Below, piece by piece: positions 1 to 12,639 of a stretch of DNA of 64,000 bases (within the stretch, counting starts at the first letter, position 1; each line of letters starts with the position of its first letter). The notes beneath the pieces were generated by a model. It ran no database searches, was not told the DNA's origin, and saw nothing but the letters and a program-made list of their open reading frames with translations. The stretch comes from Nageia nagi (lineage: Eukaryota > Plantae > Pinophyta). Location of the stretch: assembly GCA_050084985.1 (NCBI GenBank), contig JBITNC010000002.1:22816001-22880000 (forward strand), in the 5' to 3' direction. A program made the translations under genes and the position numbers.

Positions 1-1057
1 CTGAATTAGACACCTCAGCATGAGAAGTCGTATCCTCAGGAAGTTCATTGAACTTGACATCCCTAGAAATAAAGACTGTTTTATGGGATGAGGAGTAGAG
101 TCTGTAACCTCTATGCTGATTATCATACCCCATAAAGATGCATTTTTCTGATCTTTTATCTAGCTTCTTTCTTTTCTCTGAGGTAATGAAGGCAAATGCA
201 TCACAACTAAAGACCCTGAAGTGTGAGATGTTAGGTTTCTTTCCTGTCCATGCTTCATACAGAGTTTTTCCTTCAACTGCTTTAGGAGGACACCTATTTA
301 GGGTGTGAATAGCAATGTGAACAGCTTCTCTCCATAAGAAACTAGGAAGGTTACCCAACATGCATCTTGCCATTTCCATAATGGTGCGATTCTTCCTTTC
401 AACAACTCCATTTTGTTGAGGGGTGTAAGGGATTGTGAATTGCCACTTGATCCCATGTTTAACACAATAGTCGTTAAACTCATTGCTATTATACTCACCC
501 CCATTATCAGATCTCAGCATTTTGATCTTAAAATCAGTTTGATTTTCAACAAGTGCCTTGAAGTCTTTAAATCGGTCAAAAGTTTGATCCTTATGCTTAA
601 GTAGATAACCAAATGTCATCCTACTGAAGTCATCAATGAAGGTCAGAACATAAGAAGCTCCCCCTAGAGACTTAGTCTGAAATGGACCCATCAAATCTGA
701 ATGCACTAGCTGAAGAGGATGAGTAGCCCGAGTTGCCTTATCTTTTTCAAACTTTTACCTATTCATCTTTCCTAGAATGCACCTTTCACAAAGACCAATT
801 GTGGGTGAAATATTAGGTAAACCTTCCACAAGTTCTTGATTTTTCATATCTTGAATATTGTTATGGTTAAGGTGCCCTAATCGTGGATGCCAAAGATTAC
901 CTTTTGAACACACATTTGTAGCAAGACAAATTTTCGAAGGTACTTGATCCATAATATAAAGGTCATCCTTTACTGATCCTTTCATCAAAGTGGCAAGTCC
1001 TTTCTTAACACACCAGGAGTGTGAGGTAAACTCAAATGAGCATCCTTTCCTTGTAAT
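1..1057 (-). pseudogene. Copia A GAG-pre-integrase and integrase core, interrupted by stops/frameshifts
   Basis: ORF 755-988 (LWHPRLGHLNH...CERCILGKM) and downstream HSDLMGPFQTKSLGGASYVLTFIDDFSR; collinear with element B at about 8800-9700. Confidence 0.85.
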
Positions 1058-2212
1058 CTAAATTACAGAGATAAGATTCATCCTTAGCTTAGACACATAA
1101 AAGACATTATCAAGCGCCTTTCCATGAATCTTCACATTCCCTATTCCTTGAACATCAAGGACTGTATTATCACCTATCACAACTGTATCCTTGTTGTACT
1201 TATGAAAAATTTTCAAACTTATCCTTTTCATAAACATGTGATTAGTGCATCCTGAATCAATAATCCAATCATTTGAAATAGTTTGAGTCATTGAGTAGTA
1301 GGCAACAGTAGCAGCATGCTTGTTCTTCTTTTTATTATTGAAATTTCTCACATTTACATTTCCCTTGCCTTTTTGAGCAAATTTCTTTTTGCGATAATCA
1401 TACTCTTTGTGCCCAAAGATGCCACAAAAGTTACAATTTCCATCAAACTTTTCCTGCGGTGTTGGTTTGCTTGATCCAACTTTGTCATTCCTTTGCTTGA
1501 AGTTACCATGCTTCCTGATGGTAGATGAGGATTTGTTATCTTTGAATTTATAATGTTTGAATGTATTCTTGAAAGGAGTTTTGGTTGCTCCTAGAGCAAT
1601 GTTATTATCCTTTGGAGAAATGTTCAACATTTTCTTGTTCAAAGTTTCCTTATGCTTCAGAAGGAGTCTAGAAAGGTTGTCAAGAGAGATGACATCTTCT
1701 TCATCATCGAGCCTAGTCTCCATAACTGTGACAAAGTTACTGAACTTTGTAGAGAGGCTTTGAAAAATGATAAAGACCATGAACTCATCATTGATCCAAT
1801 TGCACCCACAGCCAACCAATTGTGTCCTGAGGTCAATGATTTTATTCAAGTAGATTGAGGTGCTTTCATCTTCACCTTGATGATATTGCAATAACTTTTG
1901 TAGAATGGTGAACCTTCTTGAAAATTTGGACCCAAGGTAAATTTTCTTTAGTCTATCCCAAGCTTTTTTTGCTGATGTTGAGGAAGAGATCATGAGAAGG
2001 ATGTCATCTGAAACTGCACGATAGATCATAGAAGTTGCTAACTCATTCTTTGAGTTGTAAATTTCAAGGGCCTTCTCATCTGTAGGAGCGACTAGATCTT
2101 CATTTACTGTCTGCCATAGCTTCCTTGCCTGTAACTTAGCTCTCATATGAGGTTCCCATATACCGAAGTTGGAACCATCGAGTATGTGCTTGGGTATGAA
2201 GGTTTCAACCAT
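1058..2212 (-). CDS. Copia A Gag + aspartic protease ORF
   Basis: The 408-aa ORF-track frame; true start is probably MVETFIPKHILDGSNF at ATG 2212, matching B ATG 7518. Contains gag motifs, a CCHC-like knuckle and the DSG protease motif. Ends at a premature TAG. Confidence 0.85.
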   Translation of the reverse strand: MVETFIPKHILDGSNFGIWEPHMRAKLQARKLWQTVNEDLVAPTDEKALEIYNSKNELATSMIYRAVSDDILLMISSSTSAKKAWDRLKKIYLGSKFSRRFTILQKLLQYHQGEDESTSIYLNKIIDLRTQLVGCGCNWINDEFMVFIIFQSLSTKFSNFVTVMETRLDDEEDVISLDNLSRLLLKHKETLNKKMLNISPKDNNIALGATKTPFKNTFKHYKFKDNKSSSTIRKHGNFKQRNDKVGSSKPTPQEKFDGNCNFCGIFGHKEYDYRKKKFAQKGKGNVNVRNFNNKKKNKHAATVAYYSMTQTISNDWIIDSGCTNHMFMKRISLKIFHKYNKDTVVIGDNTVLDVQGIGNVKIHGKALDNVFYVSKLRMNLISVI

Positions 2213-5200
2213 TGTCTGTACAAAAGTAAATATGCAATAAGAATGCAAAAATTTTACAAGTTTCCATCTATACAAATCAAACATAAGTAAACATGTCCCA
2301 CATGTGCAAACTTATAAACCACGATCCGTAGAGGAATAAAGTTGGGGTTATTTTCTTGTATAGAATTAGGCCTTCACCTGGATGCCTACAAGATGGAGCC
2401 CAGGTACTACCAATCCTCAACCAGTTCACCTTGGTCAGTAATATACTCTCACAAGGAGAAGTACCAACTATTTTCCAAGTATCCAACGTATTTTGGACCG
2501 GCTATTTTAATTATCTTGATTAAGGTTTTCAGTTTTCCTCCTAGGTTATCAGAATAATCCCTGAATGGACGTGCGAACATGTGGTATCACTACACACATG
2601 CCTGTCCACCTAATAGAGTTATGTCCAATCCAACAGAGGTATTAGGGGAAATTAAGACGGACTTACCACCACTTGGGTCTTCGGACTAAAAGGGCTCCAG
2701 TATGCCCTGTCCTCACCTTGTGGCTCCCCAAACAAGTCATGTTGTGGAAGAATACATGCGGATGTGTTCATTTTAGGGGTTACTTTCAATATTTGCATTT
2801 TGCAAGTATAAGCAAATTATGCAAAAAATATAAAGTAAAGTAAAATTGCATCATCCATACGAGCTTGAAAAAACTTTAAAAAGTCCAATGGGTTTTGTAC
2901 TAACCCCTAAAGGACTTTTTTATATTTTGTATATTTTGCTCAATTTATTCAAGCACTTAATGAATTAAAAAAGAACTAAGTCCTACTTAGCATTTAATTC
3001 ATAACATGCATTATTTCATGACTTAAAAAAAATTAAGTAATCATGCATCATGCATTATTTAACTTAAAAATTTAAGTCCTAAGCATATTTTATTTTTCAA
3101 ACAAGATAAAGATACATGCATCATAAGTCTAGCATGCAAGATCTAGATAAGGTTTACAAGATAAAGAGACATATATCACAAGTCTAGCATGCAAGATCTA
3201 GATAAAATTTAAGTAAAAATTATACCAATTCCCCCCTTTTCACTTAAAGTTTTATCCCTAAAAAAAAAAAAAAAAAAACTTGTATGCTAAGACTTGTCTT
3301 ATAAGTATGCATTTTAAGTAAAAAAAATTCCCTTATTTATTAAAAAAAAATAGCATACTTAGACTAAATTACTATGCTTAGAGAGAAAAAAATGCTAAGA
3401 GGTTAGCATTCTAGAAATTGCATATGCACCTTAGTAAATTAAACATGCAATATAAAAAATATTCTAAGCATTTTTTTTTTTTAATAAGCTAAGTTTTAAC
3501 TTAAAATAAGTTAAAAATATTCACCACTTCATGCATTAAATAGAAAAAGGAGACCCATACCCCTACTTCATGCATTTTAATGCTTCTCCTACCAAAGCTT
3601 TTCCAAATAACAAAAAATACTCTAAGTCAAAAACAAATAAATGCTTTTGGTAAAAAAGTGATGGCTCCTTCCCTTACCAAGAAGGAGAATACGTTGGAAT
3701 TTCATGTGCATGTAAGGAAGGTGAAAAATAGTCAACAAAAAATTAATACTCAAGGGGTTTGGTTGGGTCCTTAAGACTTAGGTAAAAAATTAAATCCCCT
3801 TTCTACTTGGTAAAACAAAAATAAATGCATGTTTGTTCTTAAGAAATGACCCCCCCTTTTTCTTTTGCCAAGAAGAGCACGTTGCTTGTGGAGGAGCATA
3901 GAAAGAAGGTAAAAATGGTCAACAAGAATTAATGCTCAATAAGAAAGGAAGGAGTACACGTAGGTTTCAATTAATGGTGAGATGGAAGAGGAGACTTGTG
4001 CAGGAGGCTGGCGTAAGAGAAGAGGAGCGCAAGAGGAGAGGGAGGAGAGTGCAGGGAGACCACCGTCTGCACATGGAGGGAGACCAGGAGAGAGTAGGCT
4101 ACGAGCTGGAGGTCGTCAATTGGCAGGAGGCTGCAGGGAAGGCAGGTCAGACATGCGGGAGGGTCCTGCATGCTCGCGCTTTGTAGCAGCCTGTGAGGCA
4201 TCTACACATCATGGGTTTGACTTGGTGGACGTCGATGGTGAGGGAGGAAGAGGGTGAAGACACAGTTGGTGAGTGAAGAGGTTGAGGTGTCAAAGAGTTT
4301 TCAGTCACTGTTTAAGCTCTCCTAACCTGTCAGACTTTCAACGTATCTATTTTATGCATATTCTTCGATCATTGCTGGGAATGAGACTGGTGAGGGAGGA
4401 GGCTATGCGGTCTACAACATGCACCGTGTGAAACACGTCACTGACCCATTCAACATTTCCATTTTTATGTTTATCCTACGATACTACTTAGAGACCCGTA
4501 GAGAGAGGATGCGGATTGAGGAGAACACAGAGGAGAAATTGTTAGTTTGAGGGTGAAAGCAGAGTTTCAAACTCAATGCCTTTGGTCATGCATGGTCAGA
4601 GTAGGCTTGGCAATGGTGCTACGACATCCACCACGAGTCCAACGTGGACAAATTCGTTTCCATGTCAGATGCCTCCGCCCTTGACATTTCACTACACGTC
4701 GTAACCCATCTCCGAGCATGAGGTCATCCTCAATGCTGAAGGCTCACGTTTCTGGCGAGGCAATTTTGTCAAACAATTTACAGACCTCCAATTTGTTACT
4801 TGACCAAAAAAAATTATAATTTTTGAACAATATATTATATATAAAAAGAATATTTTCTTTCAAAAAATTCAACCTTAAACTATTGCTCTTCTTCCTCAAG
4901 GAAAAATTCAAACTTTGAATTAGTTTGAGAGCTGCCTCTTTAATTGGCATAAAGAAATATTGCAATTATTATATATATATATACTAATCTCTTAAAAAAA
5001 TGCACACTAGAGGTTAAAAGTATTATATTTCTATTTTTAGCCCTCCTTTTTTTTTCAAAAAAAATAAATGAACTTTCACTTGTGTTTACTTTAAACAAGA
5101 AAAGTAAACCTCAAGTAATTAGTTGCTACTAACAAACAAAATGTTAGTAAAAATACTTGCATTGCATAGTATCCTCTTAAAAAAAAGGTATATCATGTAT

Positions 5201-5520
5201 TAAGCATTTTGTAAAAAAAATGCGACTAACATAAGAGGTTAGCAAAAAAATTGCTTGCATTGCCAATTTTGATCATATTTTGCAAAAAATAAGCTCCAAT
5301 ATCTCACAAAATATGTTAGTTTCTAATGCAATAATCCATAAGATAACCAAATGAGGAGGAAATTTATACCTTCTCTTAAAATTTACCTCACCAATGGGGT
5401 GTAAGATGAGGAATGAAGAAGGATGAAGAACCTCCAAAATGTAGAAGAAGAGCTTTCACACCAAAGGAATGAAGAAGGATGAAGAACCTCCAAGATGTAG
5501 AAGAAGAGCTTCCACACCAA

Positions 5521-5533
5521 GCTCTAGATACCA
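5521..5533 (-). promoter_or_regulatory. Primer-binding site (tRNA-iMet type) of copia A
   Basis: Minus strand TGGTATCTAGAGC (consensus TGGTATCAGAGC plus 1 nt), 2 nt from the LTR terminal CA. Confidence 0.85.
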
Positions 5534-5535
5534 AT

Positions 5536-5996
5536 TGAGAGAATTAGCACTACTCTAATCCTCAAGGTCCAAGACTAGGAAACTCAATCACACAAGATAA
5601 CACAAGTGTAATGTGGTTCCTCCCTCCTTGGGAGTACATCCACAACTAGTATCTCAATTCTCAAGTATGCCCCTCTTACAACAATTCTCTTCCTCTCTCC
5701 TACACAAACTAGTAGAGTAATCTTACTCCAAAACTTAGATATGTTACAAGAGGAGAGGCCCTCTATTTATAGCTTGAGAGCACCTCCCTAACCTCCCTTT
5801 AACCCAAGGGTAAGGTTAGGGTTACAATAAATGTGTGACCTAACTTTAACCTACTAACTAACCCCATGGTTAGGTCAAAGTCCACACATAATAAAGAATT
5901 CAATTAATCCCTTAAGGTATCTACATATCCTTTAAGTGATTAATTTAACTTACAAGGAGTTTAGATATTCACAATATTTCATTACAAATTCTAACA
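5536..5996 (-). repeat. 5' LTR of copia A (~461 bp)
   Basis: Minus strand TGTTAG...CTCTCA termini, CTATAAATAG TATA box at about 5763-5772, adjacent PBS; shares a U5 block with the B LTRs. Confidence 0.85.
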
Positions 5997-6079
5997 TTTC
6001 TGTAGTGTGCTAAGGTTTATGCATATGAAAGCTTGAGAGAGAGCTTATGAAAAACTAGAGATATTTTGCATTTGGGTTG

Positions 6080-6579
6080 TGTTGGAATGTATAATGCATT
6101 ATTAAAAAGGTTATGTAATAATCTTCTATGTAAGTTCACTAATACTTAAGGGTATCATTTGATACCTTAAGTATTTAAGTAAATATGATAATGTAACTTG
6201 TCTTACACTCCTTGTCATGAGCATGCCTATTAGGTAAAAGGATGTGCATGTCATACTTTTGTACATTGGATAAAAGGGTGATCCAAAGAGGCATTTTGGC
6301 CTATAAATAGAAGGCTCCCTTTTTGTGATCACACACCAATTTGTGGAGTAAAGCTATGTTATAGGATAGTGTTTAGAAGATGAGTTAGGAGAATTGTAAG
6401 ATATTCATGTTTGTGTTTGAAGAAAGATCTAGTTAATGGATGTACTCCTAGTTGGAGAAACCACTTACATCTTGTGTTATCTTTGTGAGATTGCTTTATG
6501 AGTTTGTTATATGTGTATTGTGAGCTTTCATATGATCTTAGGAGTTTAGAGTTGTTCATGTTATAGTTCATATCTCTCA
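6080..6579 (+). repeat. 5' LTR of copia B
   Basis: Direct repeat of 12150-12639; TATA CTATAAATAG at about 6301. Confidence 0.9.
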
Positions 6580-7517
6580 TTTAAATTTAAGCATTGCATG
6601 CGAAGAATGACTTATGCAAAATAAGCAAATAATATATATTGACTTAATTTTTTTAAGCTATGGAATGATGCATAAATTCTTAAGTTATATTTCTTTATGC
6701 AAGAATGGAATGAACTTATACAAATAAGGAATGTTGTAAAGATGTCCTTTAAGAGTTGGTAAACAAAACCCATTGGACACTTAGGTTTCAAATTTTTGAA
6801 TGGATGATATTTTTATTTATGCTCTTTACTTTATGTTTCATTTTTTATGCAAACAAAAATACAAACATTAATATGAGTAACCTCTAAAATAAACACATCC
6901 GCACATACATTTCGTAACATGACTTATTTGAAGAGCCATGAGGTGAGGATAGGTGGACTGGATCCTTTAAGTCTAACAATCCAAATGATGAAAAATCTAT
7001 ACTTCTCAATTGCCCCTAAGTCCTCTGTTGGTCTGAACATAACTTCAATAGGTGAACAGGCATGTGTGTAGTGATACCACATGTCTGCATGTCCATTTAA
7101 GGATTATCTTGATAACCTAGGAGGATAACTTGAAACCAAATCAAGATTAATAATTTGGTCAATCCAATAAACATCATAACCTTGAAAAATAGTAAGTACT
7201 CCTTGTGAGAGTATAAAACTAACCAAGGCGAACTAGTTAAGGATTGGTAGTACTTGGGCTCCTTTTTTGTAGGCATCCATGTGAAGGCCTAATTTTAGAC
7301 AAGAAAACAAACCTCAACAATGTCACTACATCTACAGTTCTTGAGATAAGAAATGTATTTGAGTACATGAATTATTATTTGAGTTGTAAAACATTTACAC
7401 TAGTGAAACAAATCATGCATGTCTTTTGTGTTAAAATTAACATGTATTTTTTACTTATTTAAAACTTAAAATGTTGTTAACCACATGCTTATTATTTTTC
7501 ACATTCTTATGTAGCAA

Positions 7518-10500
7518 ATGGGAGAATCCTTTATACCCAAACACATTCTTGACAGTTTCAACTTTACGATTTGGGAATCTTGAATGAAAGTTAAGTTGCA
7601 GGTAAGGAAGCTTTGGCAAACAATAAATGAGAACCTTGTACCTCCTCCAGATAAGAAAAGCACTAGAGGTTTACAACATGAAAAATGAGTTGGCAACCTC
7701 CATGATTTACTGTGTAGTTTTAGATGATGTGCTCCTGATGATTTTCTCTTCAACCTTGATGAAGAAAGCTTAGGATAAGCTTATGAAAATCTACCTTAGT
7801 TCAAAATTTTCAAAAAGGTTTACCATTCTTCAAAAGTTACTTCAATCTTGTCAAGGGGAAGATGAAAATGTTGCCATATACTTGAATAAAATCATTAACC
7901 TAAGGACCCAACTTATTACTTGTGGGTGCAATTGGATCAATGATGAGTTCATGGTCTTCATCATTCTTCAAAGTTTGAAAACTTTGTAATAGTTATGGAA
8001 ACAAAGCTTGATGATGATGATGAAGTCTTCTCTTTTGAGAACCTTTCTAGACACCTTTTGAAGCATGAGAAAACCCTTAACAATAAGGTGTTGATTTCTT
8101 TTTCTAAGAATAATAATGTTGCTCTTGGAGTAACCAAAATTTCTTTCAAGAAGTTCAACCATCAAAAGAAATCTTATCCTTCTCTTCAAAAGGTTTGAAA
8201 AAAGGGGCAATGGCTACAACAACAGCAAGAAAATAGAAATAACCACAACAGCAAGAACAACGGTAACAACAACCACTTCAAGCAAAGATATGAAAAAAAT
8301 AAATCAAACAATCCATATCATAAGAAAAAGTTTTATGGAAATTGTAACTATTATGGTATCCAAGGTCATAAAAAAATTAATTGCTACAAAAAGAAAAGAG
8401 ATGAAAATAACAAAGGCATTGGAAATGTAAAGAACTTCAAAGGAAAGAAAAATATTCAAGCTAATTTTGCTACAGCTCTCTACTCCTTGTTTCACTCTTT
8501 TTTATCTAATTGGATTGTTAATTCTAGTTGTACTAATCACCTATGCTTTGAAAAGAAAAATTTTGAGAACTTTCACAAGTACAGAAAAGATGCGGTTGTG
8601 ATAAGTGATAAATCTTCCCTTGAAGTCCATAGAATTGAGAGTGTGTTGATTCATAGAAAGGTTCTTGATAATGTGCTCTATGTTTAAAAGCTTAGGATGA
8701 ACCTTCTCTTCATGATCCAAGTTGCTAGAAAAGGGTACTCTTTTGAGTATGACTCAATTCTGGTGCATTAAGAAACAACTTACCATATTGGTTGAAGGAT
8801 CAGTGAAAGATGATCTCTACATTATGGATCAAGTTCTATCATATATGTGTCTTACTACAAATGTGTGTTCTAGAGGCAATCTTTGACACCAATGTTTAGG
8901 GCACCTTAACCATAAGAGTATTCAAATCATGAAAGACTAAGAACTTATGGAAGGTTTGCCTTCAATTTCTCCTTCGAATGGTCTATGTGAGAAGTGCATT
9001 TTTGGTAAGATGCATAGATTAAAATTTTAAAAAGATAAGGCAACAAGAGCATCTCAACCTCGTCAACTTATGCATTCAGATTTGATGGGTCCATTTCAGA
9101 CTAAGTCGCTTGGAGGAGCATCTTACATTTTGATCTTCATTGATGACTTTAGCAAGATGACCTTTAAGTATCTACTTGAGCACAAGGATCAAACCTTTGA
9201 GAGTTTTAAAGTTTTTAAGGCCTTTGTTGGGAATCAAACTAACCTTAAAATCAAGATGTTGAGATCTAATAATGAGAAAGAATATAATAGTAATGAGTTC
9301 AATGACTATTATGCTAAGTATAGAATTAACACACAGTTTACGATTCCTTACATTTCTCAGTAGAACGATATTATCGAAAGAAAAATAGAATAATTATGGA
9401 GATGGTTAGATGCATGTTGGGTAATCTTCCTAGTTTTTTATAGGGTGAAGCTGTAAGCACTACTATTTACACCTTGAATAGGTGTTCTACAAAAGTTATT
9501 CTAGGTAAAACTCCTTTTGAGGCATGGTTAAGAAGAAAACCTAACATTTCTCACCTTAGAATATTTGGTTGTGAAGCATTCTTCTACATTATTTCTAAGA
9601 AAAAGAAGTTAGATAAAAAGGCTGAAAATGCTCTTTATGGGTTATGACAGTCAACATAGAGGCTACAGGCTCAACTCTTCATCCTACAAAGTCATATTTG
9701 TTTCAAGGGATGTCAAGTTCAATGAACATCCTAAAGAATCTACTTCTAATGAGGATGTTGATGATCTAGAGGATTCTTTAGTTGCACCTAGCTAGTTAGA
9801 TATTGATCTAGACAAGTCACCTTAGAAACAAAATTTTCCAACACAGAGTAACAAGGAGCATGACCTTGAAAAAATCTTTATTTGCTAAGATTGACAACAA
9901 ACATGAGCCCTCAACCTTCAAAGAAGCTTTAAAGCAGGAGTGTTGGATAGAAGCCATGAAAGCGGAGTATGAAGCTCTTATGAAAAATAAAACTTGGGAC
10001 TTGGTTCCTTATCCCAATGAGAAGAACGTGATTAGCAATAAGTAGATCTACAAGGTTAAGTTCAATTCGATTGGAGATATTGAGAAATACAAGGCAAAGT
10101 TAGTAGCCAAAGGTTTCACTTAGAAATACGATGTAGATTATGAGAAAACCTTTACTCCTATGGTAAAGATGCCTACTATCAAGATTATCCTTACTCTCTC
10201 TGCAACTCAAGGATGGAAAGTTTTTCAACTTAATATTAAGAGTGAATTTCTCAATGGTGATTTAGATGTGGAAATCTTCATGAATCAACCAGAAGAGTTT
10301 ATTGTGAAAAGTAAAGAGTTTTTTGTGTAAGCTAAAGAAGTCATTATATGGACTTAAGCAAGCACCTAGAGCTTAATACAAAAAGATTTCAAGGTATTTT
10401 GTAGACATTGGTTTCTCCAATTATTTTTCTGATTCCAACCTATATGTGCTCAATTAGAGAAAAGGCATGGTCTTGATTCTCTTTTATGTGGATGATCTTC

Positions 10501-11447
10501 TGATAACTGAAAATAATGATAAAATCATTTAAAAGTGCATATCCAAACTTAAGGTAATATTTGAAATGATTGATATTGATCTCTTGCACTACTATCTTGA
10601 AATGCAATTGTATCAATACAAGGATTGTACTTATCTCAGTCAATCTATATATATATCAGACATCTTGTAGAAGTTTGAAATGGAGTGTAGATATGTTGTA
10701 ATCCTAGTTTCTCCTAAAATCATTGCTTCTTTATGCTCCAACTCTCAGTCAGCTAATGCTACAACTTATAGGTAATTAATTGGTAGTCTTTTATATTTGA
10801 CTATATCCAGGCCAGATATTTCCTTTGCAGTGAATTTGATGGCTCAATTCATACAAAAACTTTATGTTAAGCACTTTAAAGTTGTTAAACAAATCTTGAG
10901 GTATGTTGCAAGGACTAAAGAACTTGCTCTCAAGTATTCTAAGTTACCCTCATTTGTTCTCTCTAGATTCTCAGATTCTGACTATGGGAGAGATAGAGAT
11001 GAAAGGAAATCAACCTCTACGTATGTGTTGAGCATTGGTTCAGGTGCTATCTCTTAAGCTTCCAAGAAGCAGCCTAATATTTCTCTTTCCACCACAAAAG
11101 CCGAATACCGTGCCATGTCTGTTGCAGCCTAGGAAGCTATTTGGCTAAGGCATTTTATGAAAGAAATTAGGTATGAGAAAGGTGGCTCATCATTGATTGC
11201 TTCAGATAATCAGTTGATTATTTCTTTGACTAAAAATCATGTGCTCCATCAGAGAACAAAACATGTAGAAATCCATACCCATTTTATTAGGAAGAAAGTT
11301 CTTGATGGCATCATACACCTGGAGTATTGTCCATCCACCTTGAACTCCATTGATTTGTTCACCAAGCCCCTCCCGGAAGCTCAGTTCTGTAAGCTTAGGG
11401 ATGCTATCAGGTTAGTGAAGTTACCCTCAAGGGGGAGTGAAGTTTGA
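7518..11447 (+). pseudogene. Copia B gag-pol pseudogene
   Basis: Fragments: gag, WIVNSSCTNH (protease), HSDLMGPF (integrase), EPSTFKEAL...WIEAM and YVDDLL (RT), SDSDYGRDRDERKSTS and RTKHVEIHTHFIR (RNase H). Many stops and frameshifts. Confidence 0.93.
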
Positions 11448-12149
11448 ATTCTTATGTGTTGAATTCATGTTTATGATGACAACTTCACCCTTAAGAGGAT
11501 TTTGTGCTGTATAGTGTTGATTTTGTTGTACACCTTCATGGTAAGTTCGATCTGCATGAGGAATTTGTACAAATTTTTAAAACAAAAATATTGGCCAATC
11601 TAGCATTATTCAGTTATCCATATGTGAGGAACTCTTATGTATTTTTTGACATTGTTCAGTTATCCATATGTCAAGAACTCGTATGTGCATGCACTATTTT
11701 GTAATGATAATCAACACAAGTTTTATATATAGTAGGTGATTGAGTTTTGGCTTAGCATCTTTGTGATGACTTATAGTGCACCATTAATCAGTTCATGATG
11801 ACATTTGTGTGATTCATCTATCCTTGTTGATATGAATATGTTGCATCTAATTGATCTTATTATTCGAGCGCTTATGACTTGCAGGTTCCTTTGAGATTAT
11901 AGGTTACTTCAAGTATGCAAGCTCTTGGAGACTCTTCATGACTTCCAGTTGGATGACTACTTCATTACATTGAAACCAGTTGTGGTTAATAATTGTATTT
12001 AGCAAAGTAGTGAGTCTCAAACTAGATCTTTTTTACTTCACAAATATGTAAAAAGTTCTCATCTTCGTTGTATGTGTTTGGAGGAGAACTCTCTTACTTT
12101 CTCTCCTCCTCTCTTATTCACTCTATCCCAATATTACATTAAGAGGGAG

Positions 12150-12639
12150 TGTTGGAATGTATAATGCATTATTATATAGGTTATGTAATAATATTCTATG
12201 TAAGTTCACTAATACTTAAGCATATCATTTGATACCTTAAGTATTTAAATGAATATGATAATGTATCTTGTCCTACACTCCATGTCATGAGCATGCCCCT
12301 TAGGTAAAAGGATTTGCATATCATGCTTTTGTGCATTGAATAAAAGAGTGATCCAAAGAGAGATTTTGACCTATAAATAGAAGGCTCCCTCTTTGTGATC
12401 ACACACCAATTTGTAAAGTTATAGGATAATGTTTAAGAGATGAGTTAAGAGAACTGTAAGAGATTCATGTTTGTGTTTGAAGAAAGATCTAGTTAGTGAA
12501 TGTACTCCTAGTTGGAGGAACCACTTACATCTTGTGTTATCTTTGTGAGATTGCTTTGTGAATTTGTTAGATGTGTATTGTGAGCTTTCATGTGATCTTG
12601 GGAGTTTAGAGTTGTTCATGTTATAGTTCATATCTCTCA
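12150..12639 (+). repeat. 3' LTR of copia B
   Basis: Preceded by PPT; direct repeat of 6080-6579. Confidence 0.9.

Larger units (their letters stand above)
1..5996 (-). mobile_element. Ty1/copia LTR retrotransposon A (5' LTR, ~3.3-kb leader, gag-protease-integrase); runs off the left edge
   Basis: Minus-strand order is LTR (5536-5996), PBS, long leader, gag with knuckle CNFCGIFGHKEYDY, protease WIIDSGCTNH, GAG-pre-integrase LWHPRLGHLN...CERC, integrase LVHSDLMGPF. Integrase directly after protease is the copia order. Confidence 0.95.
6080..12639 (+). mobile_element. Ty1/copia LTR retrotransposon B, two LTRs, degenerate
   Basis: LTRs 6080-6579 and 12150-12639 (TGTTGG...CTCTCA), PPT AAGAGGGAG at 12141-12149, degenerate TSD GGTTG/TATTG, gag-PR-INT-RT-RNaseH remnants. 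No PBS after the 5' LTR. Confidence 0.95.

Noticed and set aside
2525-2565. CTGATAA-CCTAGGAGG-AAAAC in the copia leader module as a hammerhead
   Set aside because: The core deviates from CUGANGA/GAAA and element B has TTGATAA...GATAAC, so catalytic positions are not conserved.
3932-4257. Overlapping 76-91-aa ORFs in the copia A leader
   Set aside because: Low-complexity GA-rich, GC-rich DNA is open in several frames; no domain similarity.
6126-6580. Recurrent short ORFs (also 12196-12640 and 50416-50721) as a gene family
   Set aside because: They recur only because they lie in copies of the same LTR; antisense to its promoter, with no protein motifs.
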